Shown here: positions 41,909 through 58,726 of the stretch, in pieces
How positions within the stretch are numbered: position 1 is the stretch's first letter
How the letters are laid out: each line of letters begins with the position of its first letter
NCBI GenBank assembly: GCA_964016885.1
Contig: OZ024758.1
Location: 19,530,001-19,594,000, forward strand
DNA length: 64,000 nt
Direction of reading: 5' to 3'
Origin: Eledone cirrhosa
Taxonomy: Eukaryota
Program-made: the position numbers and the translations under genes
Notes under the pieces: generated by a model
The model's input: only the letters and a program-made list of their open reading frames with translations
Told to the model about the DNA's origin: nothing
Databases searched by the model: none

Positions 41909-42899
41909 ATAATATTATGTACATAGGTTTGAAATCATATGGATATAAATCTTGATTGAAAGACCATATATGTTAAGCACAATTTAATTAAACTTTTAAT
42001 TTGTAATATAATTATTATAATGTTTTTTCAGTGGTCTTCATCGTAACTATTAACTGTCCGTCTGTCCATCTTCACATAACATAACTTCTGATTTTATGAA
42101 GATAATTCTCCTGTTAAATTGATTCAATCTCCTATATATATATATATCAACAAAAAGCAATTTGGTATTTGCCGTAAAAAGAAATCGATAATGTAAATGT
42201 CATTAGTATTATTTCAATATAAATTCCATGGTAAAATGACAGGAAATAGTGTGGACGCTGAATAACAAAGTAACCGAAAATCACAAACAAATTAACAACA
42301 ATAAGCAACATATCAATGGCCTTGCACACTTTCATGAAAATGTAACAATTCATTTCTATATAAAGAAACTGTGCCAAAATTAGGAGCAGTATTAATTTCT
42401 TTCAATTAGTCAAGAAAACAAATCGAATGACAATCGCTATAGAGTGTAGAAACATTTAAATATTCTATGGGAAATTAATTCATTTTGATCATGACTCTCG
42501 TCTTCCTGATAATGATTTCTAAGACAGAATATAATGAAACAAAGACACAGTAATTTCCTTTCTCTATTTCGAGATGTTGTTTTAAACGATTGAACTAGTT
42601 ATCAGTTTGAAAGATAATTGTTGATGGAGGTGTAGTGTTTAACATTATGAGGAGCGAATTCTACCATTGTCCGTTTTATACATATTACTGCTAGTATATA
42701 CTACACACATATGTTTATAATATAGTTCTCGTATTTCGAATGATGCCAGATTCCAATATCAGCTATATTTAATAAGTTTAACCAATATTACTATTACTAC
42801 TGCTAATACTACTTCTACTAATACAACAGGTTCAATTGTTTTTTTTATTATATTAATCAGCTCGGCAAATTATGAAGAATTAACTCTCACGCCAGCAAC

Positions 42900-45130
<2,231 letters not shown>

Positions 45131-45324
45131 TTCGAGATATCAAAATAGGAAGCTACTTCGTTGTATAAAATGTAAGTCGTTTAAGAAGTAGGCCTACATC
45201 TATGGCGGAATAGGTTTGTATACATATTAAGTAAATATAAACTATAATAAAGTAAGGAGCGCGGGACTGCGTACGGTTTCTAATTTTATATCAGATTAGT
45301 AAAATAAGTTATTTGAATAAATAA

Positions 45325-45506
45325 GTGTTTCTACTTTAGGCACAAGGCCAGCAATTACCCAGTGAATTACTGGTACTTTATTTTATCGACCCCGTAAGGA
45401 TGAAAGGTAAAGTCAACCTCGGCGGGATTTGAACTCAGATCGTAAAGGGACGTAACTATGCTGGAAAGCATGGCGTCCGACCCTCTACCGATACTGCCAA
45501 TCCACC
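45325..45506 (-). mobile_element. SINE family 1
   Basis: Near-consensus copy. Confidence 0.9.
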
Positions 45507-46040
45507 AATGAATGAATATTACATAATTCATCTACTAAATTTCGTGGCTGTTGCTTAAATATATTTTATTATTTAAAGATTCACTTCTTTAAAATTTCTG
45601 AAATGTCGACACTTCCGGTTGCCCATCGCTTAAATAAACATACTAATTTTCTTTCACTAATTTTCTCCTAATGCAGTTTATATATAATATCGTCTTTTCT
45701 AATGTATCATGGATTACGTAACTGATTAAATAAGACAGTGTAACGTAGTCTTCGTTCAATTTCTATGTATTATATATTGTCAATTACGATTTTATTTGAT
45801 GTATATACATGCGTATAATATCAATGTGCACGCTACACATGCTAGCAGGAAACCACTAGTAATAGTAAAATATTTAAAAGTATATTTTTTAAAAGGCAAA
45901 CTGCGCACAATTAATCTGGTTAGTTAATATGTATTTTCCAGTAGATTATACGAACGTATATTATGTTGAAATGTATATAAAAATCATATACCACAATCTC
46001 AATTTCAAGCGAAACAATAATACATGTATATATTAGATTC

Positions 46041-47613
46041 GCGGTGAAAAGTGTTGGAGGGATCGTATCTCCTTGCTTCACTCCCTTCTTGACCGGCACC
46101 CGTTCGTACGGGTGATGACAGCAGTGCTATGTAGGTGGTGCATACGGAATTCGCCTCCCTGAGCAGTCGAACGTATTGCGCCTCGACTTCTTGCCTCTGC
46201 AGCGAGTTCAGTACTGCATTGATTTCGGCGCTGTCGAAAGCCCTCTCGTAGTTTATGAACGCGACGCAAAGAGGCATGTTGTACTCTTTCGCTCGCTCAA
46301 GCAGTTGTGTCAGAGTAAATTTGTGGTCCATCGTGCTGTAGTTCTTCCAGGGCCGGCTTTCTCTCTCAGTTGCTGTTCGTCCAGATGACGTGATAACCGT
46401 TCAGGATTATCTTCATGAACAGCTTGTACACGTGAGACAACTCGCATATGGCTCGGTAGTACTTCAGATTTTCTCTATAGCCCTTCTTTTATAGCAGGAT
46501 GGTATTCGCCTATTTCCACTTAGCCCTTCTTTTATAGCAGGATGGTATTCGCCTATTTCCACTGCGAGAGTATTCTTCCCTCGTCAAGATAGTGTGTGAA
46601 TCACTCGGCAAGGATTTCCCAGAGCTGCTATCCGCCTGACTTCAACACCTCCGATGTTATGCCGTCTTTCCCTGGCGCCTTTCCGCTTTTCACCAAGCCG
46701 ACGGCTCTTTCGACCTCGCTGTCAAGGATGGGTGGCACAATTTCTTCCTGTTGGAGTGACGGCAACGGCTACACATGCCCGACAAACTTGAAGAGCTTGG
46801 TGTAGAAGTCTTTGCGTGTCTCGGGCAGATCATCAGAGGAATTGACTGACAAGGCGGTGTCAACATCAACGGCGAGATACTTGCCCACCTCTGTTTGGCT
46901 GATGACACCAAAAGCTCTGCAGTAGGCCTCAAAATGAACCGCATGAAAACGAAGTTAATGCCGGCCGACAACGTACCAACAGGCCGTATGGTGGTTGGCG
47001 GTGATGAATTAGAGGAGGTGGAGGAATACGTCTACCTAGGACAAGAAGTGAACATGCGCTGAGACTTTGAGAGGGAGATCTCGCTCAGAGTAAGGGCCGG
47101 ATGCGTTCAACGGCATAAGGGATGTGCTCAAGGGGAGGTTGCACAAGACCACCCGCACCAACTTCTTCAATAGCACAGTTTTACTTACACTGTTATATGG
47201 CAGTGAAACTTCGGCTAAAACGAAGAGAGAAGAGCAGAGGCTGGTAACGGCTCAAAGAGCCATGGAGAGATCAATGCTAGGAATCTCGTTGAGAGAGCAC
47301 ATCAGGAACGAAGTCATCAGGCAGAAGTCCGGCGCGAGGGACGTCATCACGGAATATATGCGCAGCAAGTTTAGATGGGCTGGTCGCCCGGTTCACCGAT
47401 AATCGCTGGACCCGCGCAGTTGCCGAGTGGTACCCGCGCGAGCGAAAACGACCGCCTGGAAGGCCACCACGAAGGTGGAGTTACGATTTTAAGAATATGA
47501 TTGGGACTACGTGGATGAGGAAAGCACGATCCAGAGAGCAATGGGCAGTGTGCTGTGATCAGCGGCGCTGAATGGACGCCCGACAGACTGATCGGTCAAG
47601 TTGATCAAGGTGA
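46041..47613. mobile_element. RTE-clade LINE, 5'-truncated with 5' inversion (46041-~46805 minus; ~46806-47613 plus)
   Basis: Minus: DHKFTLTQLLERAKEYNMPLCVAFINYERAFDS. Plus: GVNINGE..HL..ADD, YVYLGQ, LLYGSET, MERSMLGISL, RPPGRPPRRW. Candidate TSD TATTAGATTC/TATTATATTC. Confidence 0.88.
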
Positions 47614-47889
47614 TATTATATTCATTTAGCCGAATAATCTACCATGGTAATTTGACATATTGTGTCTTCTCATAATCCCTTCATATATGATGAATTGATT
47701 TTAGTAAAATTAAAATAAGTATATATAAAATATGTCCAAAGATGTGGACAATAATAACCTCCGCATACGCACCCACAGACAAAGACTCAACCACACCAAA
47801 AATACAAATATACTTATAATGCAGGATAAAAACATTGATATAAATATCTATATATCCCCCCCCCCCCGCACACACACATATATATATAT

Positions 47890-48484
47890 AGAATGAATGG
47901 AATAACAACAACACCCAAACAAACAACACTGACCTAAGAGAAGTATAAATAAGTAAATAAAATAAGATAAATAAAAAAATAAATACATACACAAGAACAA
48001 TAACAACAAGCACATAAACACACACTAGTCACCCTTCACACAGCAAACAACAATATACACACACGCAAACGCATGCGCAAAGAAGACAAAATAAAATAAA
48101 CAAACAAGCAAATAAATAAATAAATATATAGACAGACTGAATAAAAATGGCGTAGACATACAAGACATCAGGAGGAAAATATAACACCACTGACGATGTT
48201 GCAGATGTGAAATGAAAGATTTATGATAAACTATATATATGTGTTTGTGTCTATATTGGATCTGTATTATTTTTGACCGTCGGTCAGTCAATGGCAACAT
48301 TGAGGACCGAGTAAGTTAGATTACCGATATAAAAGACAGCGAGAAGCGAAAACCAACCAAACAGTGAGTGTGTTCTGTTATTATTTCTGGCAATATTACA
48401 CAAATATGACCCTCCCCAAGTATAACAATATTTGTTTCGACAACGATTTCATATAAACAACCTCGCAAAACTAATTCATCGCCG

Positions 48485-48487
<3 letters not shown>
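47890..48487 (+). mobile_element. Family D second copy (no inverted arm), degenerate HHR at 48190-48224
   Basis: High identity to 18910-19537. Confidence 0.8.
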
Positions 48488-48562
<75 letters not shown>

Positions 48563-48714
48563 ATGGAAAAAAGATGATTGCCAAACAGCATGTATCAGTA
48601 TGTTAACAAATTTCATATTTTTCATCTTTTTTCATCTTTTTCATATGTTTTCCTTATAATTTCACTAGTGTAGGACATCTCGTTTTTTTTTCATCTTGGA
48701 AAAAAGAACTTCAC

Positions 48715-48799
<85 letters not shown>

Positions 48800-49749
48800 T
48801 GTATATATATATATATATATATTATAATTATATATACTTGATGCAACGACACATTATTGAATCGATTTTCCCGGACTACGTAGGTAGATAAACGACGATA
48901 CAAAGAAGGACATTCCCATTTATTTCTACGTTAACCTTAACTATAGAAAACATCGCAATATACAAATTATGATGTAATAAATGTTGTGATTGAAATCACT
49001 GCATTCAAAACGATGTTATGTAACAATTCAACAGCGTTTATTACATGTTGATTTCAAAAATTTGGACACTGTTTTTATCGAAAAAATCAGACGTCCAACA
49101 ATATCGCTATATTCAATAAATTAAATAGACTTTTCTGATACAACAATAGCACAACAATCTTTAATACTTACTTGCATTTCATGGAATTCTCATTTGTTTA
49201 TACTCATAACCTTAACTATTCTAATTTCTCTTGTGTCTGTGTCGTTAATACAAGCGCATGGTTGCTACCGGCTCTCAGGAGTTAAAATATTAAATGGTTT
49301 CATAATACTTCATATTGGCTACCATATCCTTAATAATTCTGACACTCTCACAACATGCTCCCCTGTGTTTCACATATTTATCACAATACTATGTTATTAA
49401 TGTATTCCTGTATGCCTCCTAATCAAGAAATTAATGTTACATAGCTACTTATGTTAATTGGATCACACAAGAGGCGAACTTTATAGGACTCTGCTTTTAT
49501 TTGTGCATGCTGCCGTGAATCCATTTATGAAGCATACACATATATATCCACTATATATAAAAATGCATACATGCACACTTACAAATACACCATCATACCC
49601 ATAAACATATAGCGTTGCGAATTTCAATCTTGTTATTAATCCTGCTTCATTTTAATTAAAACGGTTGTAATGTGTTTGTGAATAAAATAATCTTTATTTA
49701 TTGCAGATAAAAATTATCGTGAATGTAATTTGTTCACACCTACCTCGTT

Positions 49750-49804
<55 letters not shown>

Positions 49805-49818
49805 TATATATATATATG

Positions 49819-50103
<285 letters not shown>

Positions 50104-50145
50104 GTATATATATATACATGCATTATATTATATATATATATATTA

Positions 50146-50195
<50 letters not shown>

Positions 50196-50219
50196 GTGTG
50201 TATATATATATACATGCAT

Positions 50220-50260
<41 letters not shown>

Positions 50261-50265
50261 TAGAA

Positions 50266-50452
50266 GGGCGGTGGATTGGCCGTATCGGTAGAGGGTCGGA
50301 CGCTATGCTTTCCAGCATAGTTACGTCCCTTTACGGTCTGAGTTCAAATCCCGCCGAGGTTCAGTTTGCCTTTCCTCCTTACGGGGTCGATAAAATAAAG
50401 TACCAGTAATGCACTGGGTAATTGCTGGCCTTGTGCATAAAGTAGAAACAAT
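50266..50452 (+). mobile_element. SINE family 1
   Basis: Near-consensus copy. Confidence 0.92.
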
Positions 50453-50465
50453 ATATATATATTTA

Positions 50466-50499
<34 letters not shown>

Positions 50500-50500
<1 letters not shown>

Positions 50501-50640
50501 AACGAAGGAAATGTGGTAAGGAACCAGGTGGACCATAGCGCACCAAAGTACTCAATACTTAGGGTAGTAGAGTGGGTAATAGGAACGAGTAGGATCCCGA
50601 CGGCTGAGCTGAAGCCGTTTCGACGGCTAATTCGGAACTA
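50500..50640 (-). mobile_element. Family C copy
   Basis: Homologous to 7963-8100. Confidence 0.75.
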
Positions 50641-51566
50641 AATAACATTTGTTATCCTGGTATTTGAATAGCCGAGCTTCTCAGGGGGTAATTCCATATA
50701 TGGTAAATGTTCATTGTCACAAGGATTGGTCAAAATTTTGTTGTTGAGACAATAATTCTATCATGGCAATTTGTGGAGGGAAGGGGTAGCTGAACCTACC
50801 AGTAGAAGAAAGAGGGAGAGGGGGTGGAGTGTACCCAGTCGTGGTGCTTTGATAGTGCCAACTACAGCTGGGCATGAGGTCAAAGAAGATACTAGTGGGG
50901 GGGGAATCGAAGCAAACAATATGGGGGTAAATATATAGAGAAATACCGAAAGTGTTGAAAAACAATTAAATGTAAAATAAAACAAAATAATTTCTGGTTA
51001 CTACAACCTAAGGACAGCTATCAAGTCTCTAACTGGTACTGCTAGACTAAAGAAAGGTTTACTAGGTGGGGCGGAATTATAATGAGACCCTTTTAAGTGG
51101 TATAAGTAAACAACCGAATATATCTTACGGTGACGGGTCAACAAGTGGGGGGCCAAAATACTAAACAAACTACCACGAAATAATAATTCAGAGTCCCGAG
51201 ACCAATACGAAATAAAGGTTTCCACCACGTGCTTTCTATATTTCTTAGTTGTATCTTTGCTTTAATTTCTCGTATATCAGTATTTTTTTGGGGGGGGGTT
51301 CTGAATTAATTTTCTGTATATTATTTTACATATACTTCGTACGAGCATTTATGTAGTTTGCACTAGAATTGTTGTATAGTGGCGGCACCCTTAGAGATAG
51401 TATTAATTTTCTTTTTCGGGATTCTGAATTATTATTTCGTATTAGTTTTTTTTTTTTTTTTGCACTGGGTGGTTGCTGGCCTTGTGCCTAGTGATGAAAC
51501 CTTTATTCCGTACTTGTCTCGGGACTCTGAATTATTATTTCGTGGTAGTGCATGTATATATAGACA

Positions 51567-51832
51567 TGAAAGCATGTGGCCTAGTGGTAAGTTTGTTAGT
51601 CTTATGATCACCACGCTGTGGATTCAATTCGTGGACCAGGTTATGTGTTTTGTTCTTGAGCAAAACACTTCATTTCCGGTTGCTCCAGTATACTCAGTTG
51701 TAAAGGAGTACGGCCAATAGTTGGTAGCTTAACCCCGGGATGGTTTGGCGCCCTGTCCAGGGAGAGTATGTACTCTCAATGACTTGACGCCATATAAACC
51801 GGATGAGCCCTCGGTCCTTGTGACAGACTTTA
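51567..51832 (+). mobile_element. SINE family 2 (tRNA head plus CORE-like domain)
   Basis: A box TGGCCTAGTGG, B-box-like GGATTCAATTC, TGTTCTTGAGCAAAACACTT..CTCCAGT..ACTCAG.TGTAAA. Confidence 0.75.
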
Positions 51833-51834
51833 TG

Positions 51835-51870
<36 letters not shown>

Positions 51871-51873
<3 letters not shown>

Positions 51874-52272
51874 AGTAAAAATAGTGATGGTAAAATCCAG
51901 TACTTCTATATACGGATATGGAGCACTCAACAAATATATAGATTCGGGAGTTATAATAGTGACGAAACATAAGTCAATTCTATGAACTAGTAATCCGTTA
52001 TTTACCGCTATATATATTTCGATGATAGCCATTGTATGGCTATGGCCTCATCAAGCAGTTAGTAAGTGCTTAGACATGCCAACTCTGGGTTTTGGGTTTT
52101 AGATATGTCCCAAGTTTCTAAACACATCAACACCAAAAACCCAGAGCTGGCATTTCTAAGAACTTACTAACTGCCTGGTGAGGTCATAACCATACAATGG
52201 CTATCATCGAAATATATATAGCGGTAAATAAAGGATTATGAGTTCATACAATTGAATTATGTTTCCTCACTA
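51871..52272. mobile_element. PLE-like fold-back element, family H, with an HHR in both arms
   Basis: ACTGC-CTGGTGA (TTGATGA in the other arm)-ATAGCCAT/ATGGCTAT-GAAA-TATATA-TA-GCGGT at 52170-52225 (+) and 52004-52059 (-). Confidence 0.78.
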
Positions 52273-53649
52273 TATATATATATATATTAATCTATTATTA
52301 GTACAGATTAATGTTTAAGCCAAGAATTTCTGCATTCACCTTATTACGGGATAATCTGTAACTCTCTCTATATATAAACGATATGATTGTTTTCTAGCTG
52401 TCATATTTTCTCTAATGTCTTCCATTCTTCATATATTTTGCAAGATGTATCGAAGAATATATGCTGCCCCTCATCATACTAATGTGATAACATATATTCT
52501 TTCCATCTGCATCATTTTCAATTCAGTATGACAGTCTTCCTCATTTTCGTTATAAATATTCGAAAGTGCTTTTTTCGTTTAACGAATTTTTAACAAAATA
52601 TATATAATTATCATATAGTTTCAATGAAATTCGTGCAATTACACATGTAATATTTGACAGTATAAAATGTACAATATTGATAAGCCTAACAGCTTCATAT
52701 TTCGTATTCATTTATTCTTTTGCATTATGATATGCCACATAATATGTACAATGTTGTTAATATAATTTCCATAATAATATTCATATAATTAAATGCATGA
52801 ATAATCTAATCACATACATCATTTATTTATGAAGTATATTAAATATACCCAATACTATTATTTAATATTTATACAGGTTTCAAAAATCAATGATTGTGGT
52901 ATTCCAAAATGCATTTGATGTTCTTTAGCAGGTTAATTAATCTGAACTTTTTTCAATAAACGTTGGTTTCTATGTCTTCTATTCAACCGGGAAATCAAAG
53001 ATAATTAGTTGTAAATGAATATATCAAGGAACTATGCTAATAACGTTAACTAAATAAAAATTATATTGACGTATTTATAAACAGTAACTTCTGACAAATT
53101 GTTGAGAGATTTTGCTATTGAATTATATATGTTACATGGACAAAAATATGCTATGTTTGGATCTAGAAACGCTTTCTAACTAGTCTTAGGCCTTGAGCTG
53201 ACCAGCCGCAGGTGTGAGTCTCGAGAGCTGGAATGGCTTTTGCAGCCCGTTTCACTTGCCGTCCTCTGGGGGGACGCCTTCTCCATTCAGTCCGCCGGGG
53301 TGTTGGGGAGGCCAACAATATGATTGATTGACTTGTCATTTTATCAGTCAGATGTTCAACGAAATATGCAGAACTAATTCATTTATCATATCTCTTGAAA
53401 TGTATAATATCAAGGAATGCGCTAAATACGTATGTTTTCAAATGTAATCGGTGTAGATATATTTTCATTAAAACAATTAGTTAAATAACAATTATCTTTA
53501 GAAGGAGATATAGTGGTGTTCTCCAGACTCGTAACACATTATTCATCAGGCGGAGAAAGTGGCAGATGAAGTGTGCGAGAGAGGTAGGCAGAGAGATATG
53601 GAAGTGAAAGGAGGTAGGGAGAAATATGATAGAGATAAGAGAATAAGAT

Positions 53650-53843
53650 CGGCGTTTCGATTGGCAGTATCGCTAGAGCATCAGACACCATGCTTTGCAG
53701 CATAGACCTATGACCCTTTACGTTCTGAGTTCAAATCCTTCCGAGGGAAACTTTGCCTTTCATCCTTATGGGGTCGATAAAATAAAGCACCAGTAATGCA
53801 CTGGGATAATTGTTGGCCTTGTGACAAATGTAGAAATAATTAT
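53650..53843 (+). mobile_element. SINE family 1
   Basis: Matches the consensus. Confidence 0.9.
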
Positions 53844-55289
53844 ATGTCTTGACGTCGAAATGATAAAAAGGCATAACCGATTTCAGACTGATTTGAACTC
53901 AGAGTACAGTGAGCTATGACACATATCGACATATTTTTAAACCGAACATCTATCGACTAATTTGCATTAGCAGTAGCTGCAACAACACAAATCATATACT
54001 CTTTTGCACCTACTCCGCATCGTTTTGAATTATATATAAATTATTCAAACTACAACTAACATCGTTGCGAATGCTGACAGTATCTGCAAGTAACAGCAAA
54101 CAATGTCTAGCAAATGAAAATATAACATAAACAAAACGCCTACTTTCAATGTGAACATATGTTATTCTAAAGCAGCTGTATACACCGTCGTCGTTATCGG
54201 GTAAAGCTATAAGATATCTGTCTCATATAGTCTGTCTCTTTATAGTAAAATACGTGTGTTATTTAATTCAACACACGGTACATCAAAGCACATTTACGAC
54301 ACAACATACATAGAAACTGAATCAAGAGGATATTTAAGCGTATAAATATAAAATGTGCATTTGTAAGTATATAAGTATTAACTTGAAATATGCTTTTGAT
54401 TTTCAAATTCTCAGCTCAAATTCCAAGATTTAACAATGCACCCAAAATGTTTTCAATGATTGTGTATTACAAGAATGTGTATTTTAAAATCGAGATCAGC
54501 TTCACACGTACTTGAGAAATTGGGAATTTTAAACAGATGTACAGTATTGTTTAATTGATTATTTTCCACCTCCAGCAGAGATTAATAATACCATTGCTAG
54601 TACGTCTACTACAGATACTACAGATATAACTGTAATTATCTAAATAGATATTATGTCAACATGTTTGTATTACCGGTGTTTTAGACTCGATGCAGAGAAG
54701 CAGCGGTCCTACGTATAGGAGCTACTCCTTAATCACCAGGCGATATACCCTATCAAATAACCCCAAAGATCAAATGAGGGCAGAAGATATGGGAAAACAC
54801 ATCGTACATAATACAAAACCTTTTAACAACTAAAGTTTCGCAGAAAGTCCGACCGTTTAATCTAGTAACCAATAAAAACCTACATTCCCAATGTTCTGTG
54901 AAGCGTTATATTGAACTACAAGAGGCACGCATATCGATTTCAAAGAATGAATGTAAAACATATTTCTAGAAATAATCGATTTTAATATCGCTGAAATATG
55001 TACATCTAACAAGCATGTGGAATATATTGAGAATATACACGTTATTTAATCGAAATTAAATAATTACTTATATTACAGACTTATGTCTCAACAAATATTG
55101 TGGACCTAAAACATTCATTTGGCAAAATTCCAAAGCTGAGGAAGGTAACTAAGCCTGTCATGTTTCTACAATACAAACATACAATAGAGCTTATGTCAGC
55201 ACAAAGTAACACGCTACTGGAGGTATACAGCTGCTACTCCATTATAGATTAATGCAGTTTACGTAAATGTATATAAATATGTGTGTATG

Positions 55290-56035
55290 TAAGGGAATGT
55301 ATGTATATATATAAATGTATATATAGTGCATTTGGTAATACACTTGACCTTTAATTAAAAGCATGTTTAAGACCTTACACTATTGTGTTAAAGTAGTGAC
55401 TATCTCCCTTACTTTTTTTTTCAACAAACAAAGGTACATATCTATATTTCATACTGTTGGTATTCCTCAGAACTTAACACTCCTCTTGTTTGTTGAAAAT
55501 GATGAATGTTGGATTATTATTGAATTCCAGTAATAATCAGGAACTGATTATACAGAGCGGTTGCCGGTCCAGCAAAAATTTAAAATTAAAATTGGTGCTC
55601 TGAAATAGCGATGTATGTATGAATGTATATATAGTGTATTTGGTAATACACTATATGCTTAATTAAAAGCATTTTGAAGACCTTATGCTATTGTTTTAAA
55701 GTAGTGATATAATTTTCAACAAACAAGGGGAGTGCTAGGCTCTGAGCAATACCAACAGTATGAAACAGAGATCTGTCAGCTTATCTCCCTTTGTATGTTG
55801 AAAAAAGAACTAGGTGACATAGTCACTACATTAAAACAATAGCGTAAGGTCTTCAAAACGCTTTTAATTAAGCATACATTGTATTACCAAATACACTATA
55901 TATACATTCATATATACATCGCTATTTCAGAGCACCAATCCAAATTTTGGATTTTTGCTGGACCGGCAACCGCTCTGTATAGTCAGTTCCTAATTATTAC
56001 TGGAATTCTATAAGAATTCAATAAGAATCCAATAA
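55290..56035. mobile_element. Second retrozyme-like element (~320-bp HHR unit; tandem on the minus strand, head-to-head with a plus-strand monomer)
   Basis: Direct repeat 55315-55400 / 55623-55708; inverted copy 55713-56035; HHRs at 55717-55800 (+) and ~55435-55495 (-). Confidence 0.75.
55717..55800 (+). ncRNA. Type I hammerhead with extended, bulged stem I
   Basis: ACAAGGGGAG-TGC-TAGGCT / AGCTTA-T-CTCCCTTTGT; CTGAGCA (CTGAGGA in the minus copy); ATAC/GTAT; GAAA; ACAGA/TCTGT; GUC at 55775-55777. Confidence 0.75.
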
Positions 56036-56765
56036 TCAAGAGAAAATGCTCATTAAAAACCGTTTTCATTTCATAGTAACTTTTCAGTTATCCCTTGTCT
56101 CAATTCTTAGAAGACTACTCGATTTGAATCAGTGTGAAATACCAAGTCAGATATAATATAAAAAGACAACACTGATGCTTAAAAATTAAAAATTTCGGCG
56201 TATTAATATTTGAAAAAATAAAAGAATCTAAAATCTTATTTAATAATTTAAATAATGAGACAGTTGTTTGAATGATGACTACAGAATGGTTCGCTAATTG
56301 ATAGGGCTTAACAAAATATAATTGTAATTTCCTTATAGAAATATACAAATTTCCAAAGAAATTAAAAATGGAAATAACATATCCTAATATTCTTATGATA
56401 TGCCTTATGATATGCCTGTAATGTCCAAGCTGTTACCATAGTTGTCTTTATTATTATTATTATTATTATTAATGTAATTAACATTTGTTATACATAACTA
56501 ATAATTAATAATTTTAATAGATCGCTCCAAATTCTTCAATTATTAATTCAAATACAGAATAGTTCATTAAAAATACAATAAAAAAATGGATTAAATTCTA
56601 GTAAAAAAAAGAATTATAGAATTATAATCATCTTTGAATTCAATGTTAAGATATTTCAGTAATCTGCACATTCAGATTATAAAAGATTCCCTCCAGAATT
56701 ACTGTAGAAAATAAAGTGTTAATAGATTGGTAAGAGAATTTCCTGTCAACAAAGTTATACACAAC

Positions 56766-56863
56766 ATGGCTGATGTGATATTAATGCATCTGACGGAACA
56801 TCGAAAAAACATTTATGAAGATTATCTTTCAGAACAGTGTCATTCTGTAAAATATGCTGAAAG
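56766..56863 (+). CDS. Candidate first coding exon of an unidentified host gene (MADVILMHLTEHRKNIYEDYLSEQCHSVKYAE)
   Basis: Strong Kozak context ACAACATGG; 32 open codons in non-repetitive DNA; consensus donor AAG|GTAAGT. No homology recognised. Confidence 0.35.
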
Positions 56864-58174
56864 GTAAGTATATATTCCAAATCAAGTGTATAATTTGAAT
56901 AAAGTGATTTGCTTATTTATTATTTGAGACAGGCAAAAATATTGTTCCTTGAGGCGACTTCGAAATCGTATTTTTGAGGGTTTGCGGCGGGAGACCTTTC
57001 TTTAACGAATCTGATATAGTGTAATAAATTGTTGATATTGATTTGATATTAAATTGTGTTTCACAAAAAATAAACATGTTTATATTTTCATGCAGTTTAG
57101 TGATTTATACCTGATGAAAGAATCTCTTAAAACTGATTGAAAACAGTAATGAATAAATATTTCGCATAATTGTATACATTACGTTATTTAAAACTTAAGG
57201 CGATAAAGAAAACAAACATTCTACACGAAAGTGAATAGGTAAAATTAAAGATATTACACCAGGTAAATTCCCGAATAACACGAGAATTTATATTAATAAT
57301 TTATATTTACGTTATAAAGGTGCGAATATTTTTAATATTTAATGTTAATGAGTTAATAATGACATGACAATAATCTTTTAACGTTTAGAAAAAGAATAAT
57401 TAAAATATAATTAGCTATATTAATCCTAAATTATTCAATACACTCCAGCTGTTTGTATTCATTGTATGTGTTTCAAAACATTTGCTGCAATAAATTATTA
57501 TTCAATATATCGCATGAGCTCAAACGTGTCTGGTATCACATACCAACATGGAAAATATTGCATATACATAAGTTAAATTTTGTTGCGATGTTCAATACTA
57601 CTGGTACGGATATGTGATGTAGTATGATATTGACTGTTGAGTTGTGGTATAGGTGTGATACAGGAGAGGTGATAAAATATATGCATGTATATCATATCTC
57701 TACCTTAGACGCTGCTTTGGATCTGACTTCATTTCAGGAATACGTGTGTAGGATAATACACATTGTTTCAATTCATATATAACATTCATATAACATTCTA
57801 TAACATTCATATAAAAGATACATTACCAGTTCAAACCCCTTAATACTCTTTATTACCCGCTTAAAGTGCTTGTATTACATGTAACACCCTGCCGCACTAT
57901 AGTATTATATAAATAAGACACACGTGCTTGCCACACGTGTAACTGTTGCACACACTAACTGCTTCTCACCATCCTATCGCATTAATTTCATGTTGTATTT
58001 TAACTTGAATTATTAATTTTACCCTCTTTTGATATGAATGTAATCTTTAAATGTATACTGCCACGCTAAATGTTATAATGGATGTCGACCCACCAAGCAA
58101 CAATATTTGCATATGTATCTGTATGTCTCTTGGGTTCAAAAGGAGGTCATATATGTGATCATTCATTAATAAAT

Positions 58175-58221
58175 TGCTCCGAAGAATCCAAACCTCGGTT
58201 TGGAGGAAACAATTGTAAGCA
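58175..58221 (+). ncRNA. Hammerhead motif, family K (element ~57780-58260)
   Basis: TGCT-CCGAAGA-ATCCAAACC-TC-GGTTTGGAG-GAAA-CAATTG-TA-AGCA. Confidence 0.65.
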
Positions 58222-58256
58222 TATAAATGATTTGAACAAAATGTTGATTCTTATAA

Positions 58257-58715
<459 letters not shown>

Positions 58716-58726
58716 ATATATATTAA

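Noticed and set aside
51165-51550. Inverted pair 51169-51228 / 51490-51550
   Set aside because: Looks like another fold-back remnant, but it is rearranged with a SINE tail and no complete HHR or clear boundaries could be defined
57111-57150. CTGATGA...GAAA near 57111
   Set aside because: No convincing stem I or stem III; may be chance or a very decayed copy
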